Positions 38,212-47,506 of a stretch of 64,000 nt of DNA are shown here, piece by piece (position 1 is the stretch's first letter; every line of letters starts with the position of its first letter). The stretch comes from an uncultured Alphaproteobacteria bacterium. GTDB taxonomy: Bacteria > Pseudomonadota > Alphaproteobacteria > HIMB59 > GCA-002718135. The DNA lies in assembly GCA_902597015.1 (NCBI GenBank), contig CACJWQ010000002.1:28383-92382 (forward strand), read 5' to 3'. The position numbers and the translations under genes were made by a program. The notes beneath the pieces were generated by a model. It had not been told where the DNA came from, made no database searches, and worked only from the letters and a program-made list of their open reading frames with translations.

Positions 38212-39930
38212 TTAAATAATTGATTCAATTTTAGGCATAAGTCTAATTAATTCCTTCGTATATTCATGCTCAGGATTATTAAACAATTCCTCTGTATCTT
38301 TTGTTTCACAAACAGCACCATTTTTTAGTACAATTATTCGGTTACACATTTGGCGAATTACAGGAAGATCATGGCTAATAAATAGCATAGTGAGATGAAG
38401 TTCATCTTGTATATCTTTTAATAAATTCAATATTTGTGCTTGTATACTAACATCCAATGCAGAAGTTGGTTCATCACATATTAATAATCTTGGTCTTGTT
38501 GCCAAGGCACGAGCAATAGATATTCTCTGTCTTTGCCCTCCTGAAAATTCATGCGGGTATCGATCTAGAGATTGTCTGGTCATTCCCACAATATCTATTA
38601 GGTCATAAACATTTTGTATAAGATCATTATTGCTAATATTTTTTTGAAAAAATTTAATTGGTTCTGCAATAATATCCTTAACTTTGAAGCGAGGATTTAG
38701 AGATGAGTAAGGATCTTGAAAAATCATTTGAATTTGACCTCTACTATTATGAATTTGATATTTTTTATTTGAATTATATAGAGGTTCCTTATTATAAATT
38801 AAATTACCTTTATTAGGACTAATTAATCCAGTAATAATTTTTGCAATAGTTGATTTACCTGAACCAGACTCTCCAACTAATCCAAGTGTCTCACCTTCGA
38901 ATAATTCAAAAGATACATTGTCGACAGCTTTAACTATTTTATCATTCGAACTTTTATTAGAAATAAATGAAAAACCACTACCTAAAGAATTATCATCAAA
39001 AACTTTTGTCACTTCCTCAAGATTTAATAATTTTTGATTTTTATTTTCCCTTATGCCCCATGTTTTAATAATATTTTTAGTCAAATCCTTGGAACTAGAT
39101 GTTATTTCCTTACCATCGGGGCTAATCAATTTAAATCTATCAATTTTCTTATTTGTTGGTGGTACTGAAATTACTAAGCTTCTTGCTTCTGTTGATTTTG
39201 GATTTGTTAATAATTCTTTAGTCTCACCTTGTTCAACAATATGTCCGTATCTCATGACAATAACTTTATCAGTCGTCTCTGCTATGACTCCCATATCATG
39301 CGTAATAATTATAACACCAAGATTTCTTTTTTTTGTAAGATCTTTAAGAAGTTCTAATATTTGATATTGAATACTTACATCTAAAGCTGTTGTTGGTTCA
39401 TCTGCAATTATTAAGTCAGGTTCACAACTTATTGCTAAAGCTATAACAACTCTTTGACGCATACCGCCACTAAATTGGTGTGGATAGTCTTCAATTCTTT
39501 TTTCAGCGTTCTCTATTCCAACCTCTTTAAGTAGTTGAATTGATTTTTTAAGTGAATCTTGATAACTTAAATTTAAATGAGCCTGAATAGTTTCAATTAA
39601 TTGATCTTTTATTTTAAATAGAGGGTTTAATGAAGTTTGAGGGTCTTGAAAGACAAATCCTATTTTTTTTCCTCTAATATTTTGAATTATTTCTTCATTA
39701 CTTCTTAATTCAATATTATCTATTTTTATTGAGCCATCTGTGATTTCACCTGGAGGATCAATCAAGTTAATTATCGCATTTGCAATTGTAGATTTTCCAG
39801 ATCCAGACTCACCGACAATTCCTAATATTTCGCCTCTTTCTAAAGAAAATTCTACATTTTTGCTTGCAACAATAGTTTCCTTTCGTGTTGGATAACTTAT
39901 GTTTAAATTTTTTACTTCTAAAAAACTCAT
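38212..39930 (-). CDS. Peptide ABC transporter, fused double ATP-binding protein (DppD-DppF-like)
   Basis: Two Walker A motifs (GESGSGKST, twice), two LSGG signatures (FSGGMRQR, FSGGQRQR) and two Walker B motifs. Start placed at MSFLEVKNL, whose ATG overlaps the permease TGA (ATGA). The ORF track extends to 39969. Confidence 0.9.
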   Translation of the reverse strand: MSFLEVKNLNISYPTRKETIVASKNVEFSLERGEILGIVGESGSGKSTIANAIINLIDPPGEITDGSIKIDNIELRSNEEIIQNIRGKKIGFVFQDPQTSLNPLFKIKDQLIETIQAHLNLSYQDSLKKSIQLLKEVGIENAEKRIEDYPHQFSGGMRQRVVIALAISCEPDLIIADEPTTALDVSIQYQILELLKDLTKKRNLGVIIITHDMGVIAETTDKVIVMRYGHIVEQGETKELLTNPKSTEARSLVISVPPTNKKIDRFKLISPDGKEITSSSKDLTKNIIKTWGIRENKNQKLLNLEEVTKVFDDNSLGSGFSFISNKSSNDKIVKAVDNVSFELFEGETLGLVGESGSGKSTIAKIITGLISPNKGNLIYNKEPLYNSNKKYQIHNSRGQIQMIFQDPYSSLNPRFKVKDIIAEPIKFFQKNISNNDLIQNVYDLIDIVGMTRQSLDRYPHEFSGGQRQRISIARALATRPRLLICDEPTSALDVSIQAQILNLLKDIQDELHLTMLFISHDLPVIRQMCNRIIVLKNGAVCETKDTEELFNNPEHEYTKELIRLMPKIESII

Positions 39931-40850
39931 CTCTTTTTTAATTTTGGATTTAAAGCATCTCTCATCCAATCCCCTAATAAATTAATTGATAATGCTAAAA
40001 CAATTAAGAAAATTGCTGGAAAAAAAGTAATCCACCACTCTCCTGAAAATAAAAAATTATTTCCAAACCTTATTAGAGTCCCAAGGGAAGGTGTTGTTGG
40101 TGGAACGCCAACACCTAAAAAACTTAAAGTAGACTCTGTAATAATTGCAAGTGCTAATCCGATTGTAGCAATTACTAAGATAGGCCGAAGTATATTTGGT
40201 AAAATATGCTTAAACATAATTAATATATTTGATAATCCAATAATTCTTGAAGCTGAGACATATTCTTTATTTTTTTCAACTAAGGTTGATGCTCTCGATA
40301 CTCTTGCAAACTGAGGCCATTCTGAGATACCAATGGCGAAAATCAAAACATAAATTGCCATTTCATCATGCATTGATTGTGAGATAATTGCCCTTGCAAT
40401 TCCATCAACAAGTAAAGCCATTAAAATACTTGGAATAGTTAACTGCACATCTGTAAGACGCATTACAATAATCTCATACCTACCACCAATATATCCAGCT
40501 GTTATTCCAAGAAAAACTCCAAGTATCATTGCAAAAATTATAGATGCAAAACCAACGATCAGTGAAATTCTTGAACCATAAATCATTGTTGAAAACATAT
40601 CTCTTCCCTGTTGATCAGTTCCTAATATGAAGCTAAAACTTCCTCCCTCTGACCATACTGGTGGGGTAAAGGCGTCCATTAAAGAAACTGATGCTGGATC
40701 AAAAGGATTATAAGGTGCAACTATCCCGGCAAATACAGAACAAAAAAGTATAATAAAAAATATTGTTGAAGAAATTATTGCTAATTTAGAATTAAAGAAA
40801 CTGTATCCAATATCAGTATCATATATTTTATTGTAAGTTTTAAGTAGCAT
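39927..40850 (-). CDS. Peptide ABC transporter permease (DppC/OppC-like)
   Basis: Polytopic BPD_transp_1 protein. Start placed at the Met (MLLKTYNK) immediately after the upstream stop. The ORF track extends to 40889. Confidence 0.87.
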   Translation of the reverse strand: MLLKTYNKIYDTDIGYSFFNSKLAIISSTIFFIILFCSVFAGIVAPYNPFDPASVSLMDAFTPPVWSEGGSFSFILGTDQQGRDMFSTMIYGSRISLIVGFASIIFAMILGVFLGITAGYIGGRYEIIVMRLTDVQLTIPSILMALLVDGIARAIISQSMHDEMAIYVLIFAIGISEWPQFARVSRASTLVEKNKEYVSASRIIGLSNILIMFKHILPNILRPILVIATIGLALAIITESTLSFLGVGVPPTTPSLGTLIRFGNNFLFSGEWWITFFPAIFLIVLALSINLLGDWMRDALNPKLKKR

Positions 40851-40851
40851 T

Positions 40852-41829
40852 TTAACTACCCTCTTCCTTAAGCCTAATTCTAGGATCAATAAAATAATAT
40901 GTGATGTCTACAATAAAATTTATCATAACAAATATAAAGGCTACCATGATCATGTATGCTGACATTATAGGAATATCGACAAAGTATACTGCTTTGATAA
41001 ATAATGACCCCATGCCTGGCCATTGAAAAACTGTTTCTGTAATAATTGAAAAAGCAATTAATGTTCCGATATTGATACCTGTAATAGTAATAACTGGAAT
41101 TAATCCATTTTTGAGCGCATGCTTATAATTAATAACACTTCTTTTTATACCTCTTGCTTTTGCAAATTTAATATAATCTGTTTGTAAAATTTCCATCATT
41201 TCAGCTCGAACTAATCTAATCACATAAGTCATTTGAAATAAACTTAACGTAACAGATGGGAGTATCAGTGCTTTTAAACCAGAAGTGGTTAAAAATCCTG
41301 TAGTCCAAAAACCTAATTGTGTGACTTCACCTCTTCCAAAGGATGGAAGAACTCCTAAAATTACTGAAAACAAATAAATTAACATTATTCCTATAATGAA
41401 TGTTGGTAAAGAAACCCCTGCTAGGGAAATCACAAGAATAATATTAGAAATAAAACTGTCTCTGTGAATACCAGTATATACACCCAAGATAACACCACTG
41501 ATGATTGCAATTAAAGCGGAGACAAAAACTAATTCTAAAGTTGCAGGCATTCTTTCTGCAATTAAATCTGAAACTTCTCTTTTTAATTGGTATGATATTC
41601 CAAAATCACCTTGAATTACATTTCCTATAAAACGTGAAAATTGAACGTAAACAGGATCATTTAAACCCAATACTTCTCTAACCTCAGCACGTCTTTCATC
41701 AGAAGCATCTTCTCCAGTCATACTATTTACTGGATCACCAACAAAATTAAATAAGGAAAATGAAACAAAAGCTACAACAATCATTACAAGAATAGATTGA
41801 AAGAGTCTTTTAAAGAAATAGTTAAACAT
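40852..41829 (-). CDS. Peptide ABC transporter permease (DppB/OppB-like)
   Basis: 325 aa. The N-terminal MFNYFFKRLFQSILVMIVV opening and the EAA-loop region (DYIKFAKARGI) are typical of DppB. Confidence 0.9.
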   Translation of the reverse strand: MFNYFFKRLFQSILVMIVVAFVSFSLFNFVGDPVNSMTGEDASDERRAEVREVLGLNDPVYVQFSRFIGNVIQGDFGISYQLKREVSDLIAERMPATLELVFVSALIAIISGVILGVYTGIHRDSFISNIILVISLAGVSLPTFIIGIMLIYLFSVILGVLPSFGRGEVTQLGFWTTGFLTTSGLKALILPSVTLSLFQMTYVIRLVRAEMMEILQTDYIKFAKARGIKRSVINYKHALKNGLIPVITITGINIGTLIAFSIITETVFQWPGMGSLFIKAVYFVDIPIMSAYMIMVAFIFVMINFIVDITYYFIDPRIRLKEEGS

Positions 41830-41874
41830 GGTTTAATTTCTGGCCAGATTACTGGCCAGAAAATATAAAAATTA

Positions 41875-43449
41875 TTAGTTTACGTTTGCAAATCTAAATA
41901 ATGGCTCGTTGTTCATTCTAATTGGAACATCGACATTACTTTTTGATGCTTGGTTGACAACTTGGTGATGTAAAGGAAGATATGTTACATCATCTTGAGT
42001 AATATCCCAAGCTTCAGCAATCATAGCATTTCTTTTATCTTGATCTGTTTCAACACCCATTGCCGCTACTAACTCATCAACTCTAGCATTACTGAAATTA
42101 ACTTTATTCCAGCTACCAGCACTATCAAATAAGTACGAGTATACGTAATGACTATCAAAAGTTGGAACACCCCAACCTAACATGTACATGTCACTTGTCA
42201 TACCGTTTGCGTCACCTTCTTTAACTTCTGAGAAGTGTTGACTTTTAGTTTTTGCATCAAGAGTTACATCAACTCCTATTTTAGCAAACATACCAATTGC
42301 AGCAACACAGATTGCTTCATCATTAATATAACGATCATTTGGACAATCTAGTGTAACCTCAAATCCATCTGGATAACCAGCTTCTGCTAATAGTTTTTTT
42401 GATAGCTCTGGATCATAAGGTAATCTTTCATCACGTGCAGCTGTATGACCGTTTACACCAGGAGCAGTGATAATTCCTGCAGGAACACTTTGTCCTCTCA
42501 TTACCTTATCCTTAATAGCTTCCATATCTAAAGCATGGTACATAGCTAAACGAACTCTTTTATCTGCAAAAGGATTTTTACCTTTGATATTAGATGAATT
42601 TAATTCAGCAGAACCCTGATCCATTCCAAAAAATATTGTTCTATTTTGAGGAGTCATTTTTACACCATGTCCAGCGGAAGATTTGATTCTCTCAATATCT
42701 TGAACAGGAACAACGTTTGTGTAGTCAATTTCTCCAGATAGAAGTGCTGCAACTCTTGTTGCATCATTTGCAATTGGAAGTAATTCAATAGTATCTACAT
42801 TGAAAGTACTATCATCGCCCCACCAATCATTATTTTTTTCAAAAACAGTTCTTACGTCCTGTTCTCTAAAAGTAATTTTGAAAGGTCCAGTTCCGTTTGC
42901 ATTAGAAGCACAATAAGATGTTTCACCTGCATCCCAGTTGTATGAAACTTCACAACCATTTGCTTTTGCCCAATCTTCAGACATTACAAATATCTGAGTT
43001 AATTGATTTAAAAGAATTGGATTTGGTCCATCTGTTACAATCTGAACTGTGTGATCAGTTAATGCCGATGCTGATTTAATGCTTTTAATTAAATCTACCA
43101 TATCAGATGGAGCAGTTTTTGCTCTATTGATACTAAAAGCAATATCACTAGCTGTTAAATCTGATCCATCATGAAATTTTACACCTTTACGAATTGTAAA
43201 TATCCAAGTGTCATCAGCAGTTGTTTTCCATGATTCAGCAAGCTGAGGAAGTATTTCCATATTAATACCTGGAGTTACTAAACCTTCATATACTTGACGC
43301 GAAACCATGTGAGTTGGTCCTTCGTTTTGTGCATGCGGATCAAGAGTTAAAGAGTCACCAGGCATTGACCATTTAATAGTGTTTGCAAATGCTGGTGAGA
43401 AAATACCCATGAAAAGCAAAGACAAAACAATGCTTAAAGTCTTTTTCAT
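41875..43449 (-). CDS. ABC transporter substrate-binding protein, family 5 (DppA/OppA-like)
   Basis: Start at MKKTLSIVLSLLFMGIFSPAFA (signal peptide), preceded by GGAGGAAATAAT. SBP_bac_5-like body. The ORF track extends to 43485. Confidence 0.9.
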   Translation of the reverse strand: MKKTLSIVLSLLFMGIFSPAFANTIKWSMPGDSLTLDPHAQNEGPTHMVSRQVYEGLVTPGINMEILPQLAESWKTTADDTWIFTIRKGVKFHDGSDLTASDIAFSINRAKTAPSDMVDLIKSIKSASALTDHTVQIVTDGPNPILLNQLTQIFVMSEDWAKANGCEVSYNWDAGETSYCASNANGTGPFKITFREQDVRTVFEKNNDWWGDDSTFNVDTIELLPIANDATRVAALLSGEIDYTNVVPVQDIERIKSSAGHGVKMTPQNRTIFFGMDQGSAELNSSNIKGKNPFADKRVRLAMYHALDMEAIKDKVMRGQSVPAGIITAPGVNGHTAARDERLPYDPELSKKLLAEAGYPDGFEVTLDCPNDRYINDEAICVAAIGMFAKIGVDVTLDAKTKSQHFSEVKEGDANGMTSDMYMLGWGVPTFDSHYVYSYLFDSAGSWNKVNFSNARVDELVAAMGVETDQDKRNAMIAEAWDITQDDVTYLPLHHQVVNQASKSNVDVPIRMNNEPLFRFANVN

Positions 43450-43591
43450 ATTATTTCCTCCATAGAAATTTGATGGTAGACCCATACAACTTCAATGGAA
43501 ATATTCAATATTATTAGTATTAATAAGTGCTATATTTTGTCATAATTATTAGTATTTATTTAAACATACACCTTAGAGGAGGCTTGATATA

Positions 43592-44242
43592 GTGAAAAAA
43601 ATAGAGAAGGCACAAGAGATCTCTAGAATACTAAATCGTATATACAGAAAAGTACCTATTCCCCTTAACCACAAAAATAAATTTGAATTAGTTGTAGCTG
43701 TACTTCTTAGTGCTCAATGTACAGATGAAAGAGTTAATCAAGTCACACCAATACTATTTAAAAAAGCTAACACAGCTATAAAAATGACAAAAGTGCCAAA
43801 AAAAACAATTTATAATATTATTCGTCCTTGTGGTTTGGCACCCCAAAAATCAAAAGCAATTTTTGAACTATCAAGAATTCTTGTAAAAAAATTTAAAGGC
43901 AATGTTCCAGAAAGTTTTGAGGAATTAGAAAAATTACCAGGTGTTGGTCACAAAACAGCCAGTGTTGTTATGTCTCAAGGATTTGGTCATCCAGCATTTC
44001 CAGTTGATACACACATTCATCGTTTAGCTCAACGTTGGGGTTTAACAAATGGTAAAAATGTTGTGCAAACAGAAAAAGATTTAAAATATCTTTTTCCAAA
44101 AAAATCTTGGAACAAACTTCATTTACAAATAATATTTTATGGAAGAGAATTTTGTCAGGCAAGAAGTTGTTATGGTTTGGAGTGTGAAATATGCAAGGTT
44201 TGTAATCCAAAGAGAAAAACACCTATTAAAACAAAAAAGTAG
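43592..44242 (+). CDS. nth: Endonuclease III
   Basis: 216 aa. GTG start with GGAGG upstream, LPGVGHKTASVVM HhH-GPD motif, and a C-terminal Cys cluster (CQARSCYGLECEICKVC). Confidence 0.92.
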   Translation: MKKIEKAQEISRILNRIYRKVPIPLNHKNKFELVVAVLLSAQCTDERVNQVTPILFKKANTAIKMTKVPKKTIYNIIRPCGLAPQKSKAIFELSRILVKKFKGNVPESFEELEKLPGVGHKTASVVMSQGFGHPAFPVDTHIHRLAQRWGLTNGKNVVQTEKDLKYLFPKKSWNKLHLQIIFYGREFCQARSCYGLECEICKVCNPKRKTPIKTKK

Positions 44243-44245
44243 TAA

Positions 44246-44665
44246 TTAAAAAGGCTGAAATACAACAAGTATAAGTATAAAAATCAATATTACTGCTGGC
44301 GCTTCATTTGTAATTCTAAAAAACTTAGTGGAGTATTTATTTTTATCATTTTTAAAATCATTAAGACATTTTAAACAAAAAAAATGATAACCGGATAATA
44401 AAATTACAAATAAAATTTTTAAAAGCAACCAAGTATCAATACCCACATAATGTGTAAGTGTAAAACCTGATATCCACGTCACTATAAAAGCTGGAAACAT
44501 TATTATTCTATACAATTTTCCTTCCATTAGTTTGAATGTTTCTGAGGTTTCTTTTGTAATTTCAGGATTAGCATGATTTACAAACAAACGTGGCAGATAT
44601 AAAAGTCCAGCCATCCAAGCTATGATACTAAAAATATGAATAACTTTCAGAGTATTAAATAACAT
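44246..44665 (-). CDS. hemJ: Protoporphyrinogen IX oxidase HemJ (UPF0093/CopD-like)
   Basis: 139 aa, 4 TM helices. KVIHIFSIIAWMAGLLYLPRLFV signature. Confidence 0.83.
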   Translation of the reverse strand: MLFNTLKVIHIFSIIAWMAGLLYLPRLFVNHANPEITKETSETFKLMEGKLYRIIMFPAFIVTWISGFTLTHYVGIDTWLLLKILFVILLSGYHFFCLKCLNDFKNDKNKYSTKFFRITNEAPAVILIFILILVVFQPF

Positions 44666-44668
44666 TAT

Positions 44669-45487
44669 TTATTCCCATACCGCGTGAGGAGGCATTGACA
44701 TTAATATAGCATCAACATTCCCACCAGTCTCTAGACCAAATTTTGTACCTCTATCATATAATAAGTTAAATTCAGCATAGCGACTACGCTTAACTAATTG
44801 TATCTTTTTTTCCTCTTCATTCCACTTCTCATCCTTAAGTGCAATTAAAGTATTTTTGATAAACTGATGAAAATAAGTACCTACACCTTGGACAAATTCA
44901 AAATCTTTTCCCCAATCGCCAGTTTGAAGGTAATCAAAAAATATGCCTCCAACACCTCTTGGTTCGTTTCTATGTTTAAGAAAAAAATAGTCATCACACC
45001 ATTTTTTAAATTTAGGATAATATGATTTATCATATTTATTACACAAAACTTCTAAACCACGATGATATTTTTTCTCATCTTCAAATATTAAACAAGGTGT
45101 AATATCCATGCCTCCACCAAACCATTCCTGAGTTGTTTTAATAAATCTCGTATTAAAATGCATAGAAGGAATTTTAGGTGAAACAGGATGCAAAACAACG
45201 CTGATGCCGGTTGCATCATAATTTGGATCTTCTTTAGCACCTGGAATAGCATCTCTCATATTTTCGTTAAATACCCCAGAGACGGTAGAAATATTTACTC
45301 CACCTTTTTCAATAATATTACCCTTAATTTTACTCATTTTACCACCACCATCGCCTTTGTGATCCCAGTTACTTATTTCAAATTGATTTTCATCAATGTT
45401 TTGAATAGTTTCAACTAAGTTATCTCGTAATTTCTCAAACCATTCTTTTGCAGTATTAAATTTGGGATCAGCAATCATAATGGCCAA
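44669..45487 (-). CDS. hemF: Oxygen-dependent coproporphyrinogen III oxidase
   Basis: 272 aa. GGVNISTV, HPVSPKIPSMHFNTRF, WFGGGMDITP and RGVGGIFFD motifs. Confidence 0.93.
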   Translation of the reverse strand: MAIMIADPKFNTAKEWFEKLRDNLVETIQNIDENQFEISNWDHKGDGGGKMSKIKGNIIEKGGVNISTVSGVFNENMRDAIPGAKEDPNYDATGISVVLHPVSPKIPSMHFNTRFIKTTQEWFGGGMDITPCLIFEDEKKYHRGLEVLCNKYDKSYYPKFKKWCDDYFFLKHRNEPRGVGGIFFDYLQTGDWGKDFEFVQGVGTYFHQFIKNTLIALKDEKWNEEEKKIQLVKRSRYAEFNLLYDRGTKFGLETGGNVDAILMSMPPHAVWE

Positions 45488-46500
45488 CCTTGAGTATGTT
45501 TTTTTATCAGATTTACAAAAACATCTATGTGATCATCGTGATCATTCAAGCAAGGTATATAATGATAATTTTCTCCACCTGACTCCATAAAATATTCTTT
45601 ATTTTCTTCTTCAAGTTCTTCAAGTGTTTCAAGACAATCACTACTGAAACCAGGAGATATTATATGTATATTTTTAATCCCTTGTTTTGGTAATTCTTTT
45701 AATGTTTCACTTGTATATGGCTTTAACCATTCCTCTCTTCCAAATCTACTTTGGAAAGTAGTCATTATCTCATCATCGGATAAACCCATCTGTTCTTTGA
45801 CAAGTCTTGTGGTTTTAAGACAAAAGCAATGATAAGGATCACCATTTGTCAAATACCGTTTTGGTATACCATGATAACTAAAAATAATTTTTTGTGGTTT
45901 TGAAGTTTTTTTCCAAAATGACTTTATTGAATTTGACAATGCTTCAATATAATTTTTTTCTTCAAAGTACTGATTGATAAAACGCATTTCAGGTATCCAA
46001 CGCCATTTTTGTAATACATTCGTTACTTCATCAAATGTACTACCTGTTGTTGCAGCACAATATTGCGGATACATAGGTAGAACTAATAATCTTCTTACTT
46101 GTTTTTTTTGAAGTTTTAACAAAGCATCTGGAATAGATGGATTGCCATAACGCATCCCAACTTCAAAAACTATATTTTCATTTTTTGAAGAAAAAGATGA
46201 TTGGATTTTATTTAGTTGTCTGTTTGCGATATCTAAAAGTGGAGAACCCTTATCAGTCCAAATTTGTTTGTATGCTTCTGCTGACTTTGATGGTCTTATT
46301 TGTAAAATTACTAACTTCAATATAATTTGCCATAAGATTTTAGGTAATTCAATTACTCTAGGGTCAGACAAAAATTGGTTAAGATAAACTTTTAGTTCTT
46401 TTTTATTTGGAGCATCTGGAGTACCTAGGTTAGTAATTAAAACACCAATTTTTTCTTTACTCCCGTGCTCATAATCTTTTTCACCTATATATTTAACCAT
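45475..46500 (-). CDS. hemH: Ferrochelatase
   Basis: 341 aa. GVLITNLGTPD, LPMYPQY, SYHGIP and SPGFSSDCLETLEE motifs. Confidence 0.93.
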   Translation of the reverse strand: MVKYIGEKDYEHGSKEKIGVLITNLGTPDAPNKKELKVYLNQFLSDPRVIELPKILWQIILKLVILQIRPSKSAEAYKQIWTDKGSPLLDIANRQLNKIQSSFSSKNENIVFEVGMRYGNPSIPDALLKLQKKQVRRLLVLPMYPQYCAATTGSTFDEVTNVLQKWRWIPEMRFINQYFEEKNYIEALSNSIKSFWKKTSKPQKIIFSYHGIPKRYLTNGDPYHCFCLKTTRLVKEQMGLSDDEIMTTFQSRFGREEWLKPYTSETLKELPKQGIKNIHIISPGFSSDCLETLEELEEENKEYFMESGGENYHYIPCLNDHDDHIDVFVNLIKKHTQGWPL

Positions 46501-46505
46501 ATCTA

Positions 46506-47504
46506 TTAGCTAAATTCTTTTCTGATATTTTCTATAAATAAATGAACATTTTTTTCTGGAGTATTTTTGTTAATTCCATGTCCAAGGCCACAAATCCAGC
46601 CATTAAGATTTTCAATTGATTTCATTTTTTTAATAAAATCTTTTAAATCATTAAGATATATATCTGTTTCGCTTAACATTAATTGTTCATTAAAATTTCC
46701 TTGAATAAATCCATGTTTTTGATTTTCAAACATAAATTTAAGATCTATTGTGTGATCATAACCAAAACCAGCAAAGGGAAAACTGATGATAGAATTAAGA
46801 TCTGTTAAACTCTTACCTCTTGAATAATAGCCAAGTTTATTTGGAAAAGAAATTGCAATCTCTTCCAAAAATTTTGAATAAATTTCATGAAAATTCATTT
46901 TATCTAAATCATACAAGGAGCTATCAAAAATCATGACAAGTTCAACACCTGCATCTAATTGTAATTGAATATTTTTCTTAAGAAGGGGTAAAAGAATTTT
47001 TGAAATAAATTCTAAATTCATTTTAGTGTCGATTAAATCAGAGTTATTATTTCCAAATGCATATTTTGATAATGTCCAAGGTCCACCAACAAATCCAATT
47101 AAACTTTTATTATTAGGCAATTTCTCTTTTGTTATTTTTATAGCTTCAAATTGAAACTGCATATGCTCAATGCCACGATCAATATTACTGTAATTATTAA
47201 TGTTTTCTGAATTTATATAAGAATTAAATTTAGGTCCTGGGTCAAACTTTAATTCTAAACCAAGTCCCTCCAAGATAAATAAAATATCACTAAATAAAAT
47301 TGCAATATCGTAATCAAACTCTTGTATTGGACCAAAAGCGACTTCTGCGGCTAGATCCGGAGTTTTACAAAGTTCTTCAAAAGTATATTTTTCTTTTAGC
47401 TTGCGATAATGCGAATGGTACCTCCCAGCCTGTCTCATGAACCAAATGGGTGGTGTTTTTTGAATATTTCTTTTGATAGCATTTTTGAATAAAATATTTG
47501 TCAT
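46506..47504 (-). CDS. hemE: Uroporphyrinogen decarboxylase
   Basis: PPIWFMRQAGRY signature. Start placed at MTNILFKN, 2 nt after the hemC stop. The ORF track extends to 47534. Confidence 0.85.
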   Translation of the reverse strand: MTNILFKNAIKRNIQKTPPIWFMRQAGRYHSHYRKLKEKYTFEELCKTPDLAAEVAFGPIQEFDYDIAILFSDILFILEGLGLELKFDPGPKFNSYINSENINNYSNIDRGIEHMQFQFEAIKITKEKLPNNKSLIGFVGGPWTLSKYAFGNNNSDLIDTKMNLEFISKILLPLLKKNIQLQLDAGVELVMIFDSSLYDLDKMNFHEIYSKFLEEIAISFPNKLGYYSRGKSLTDLNSIISFPFAGFGYDHTIDLKFMFENQKHGFIQGNFNEQLMLSETDIYLNDLKDFIKKMKSIENLNGWICGLGHGINKNTPEKNVHLFIENIRKEFS

Positions 47505-47506
47505 TT

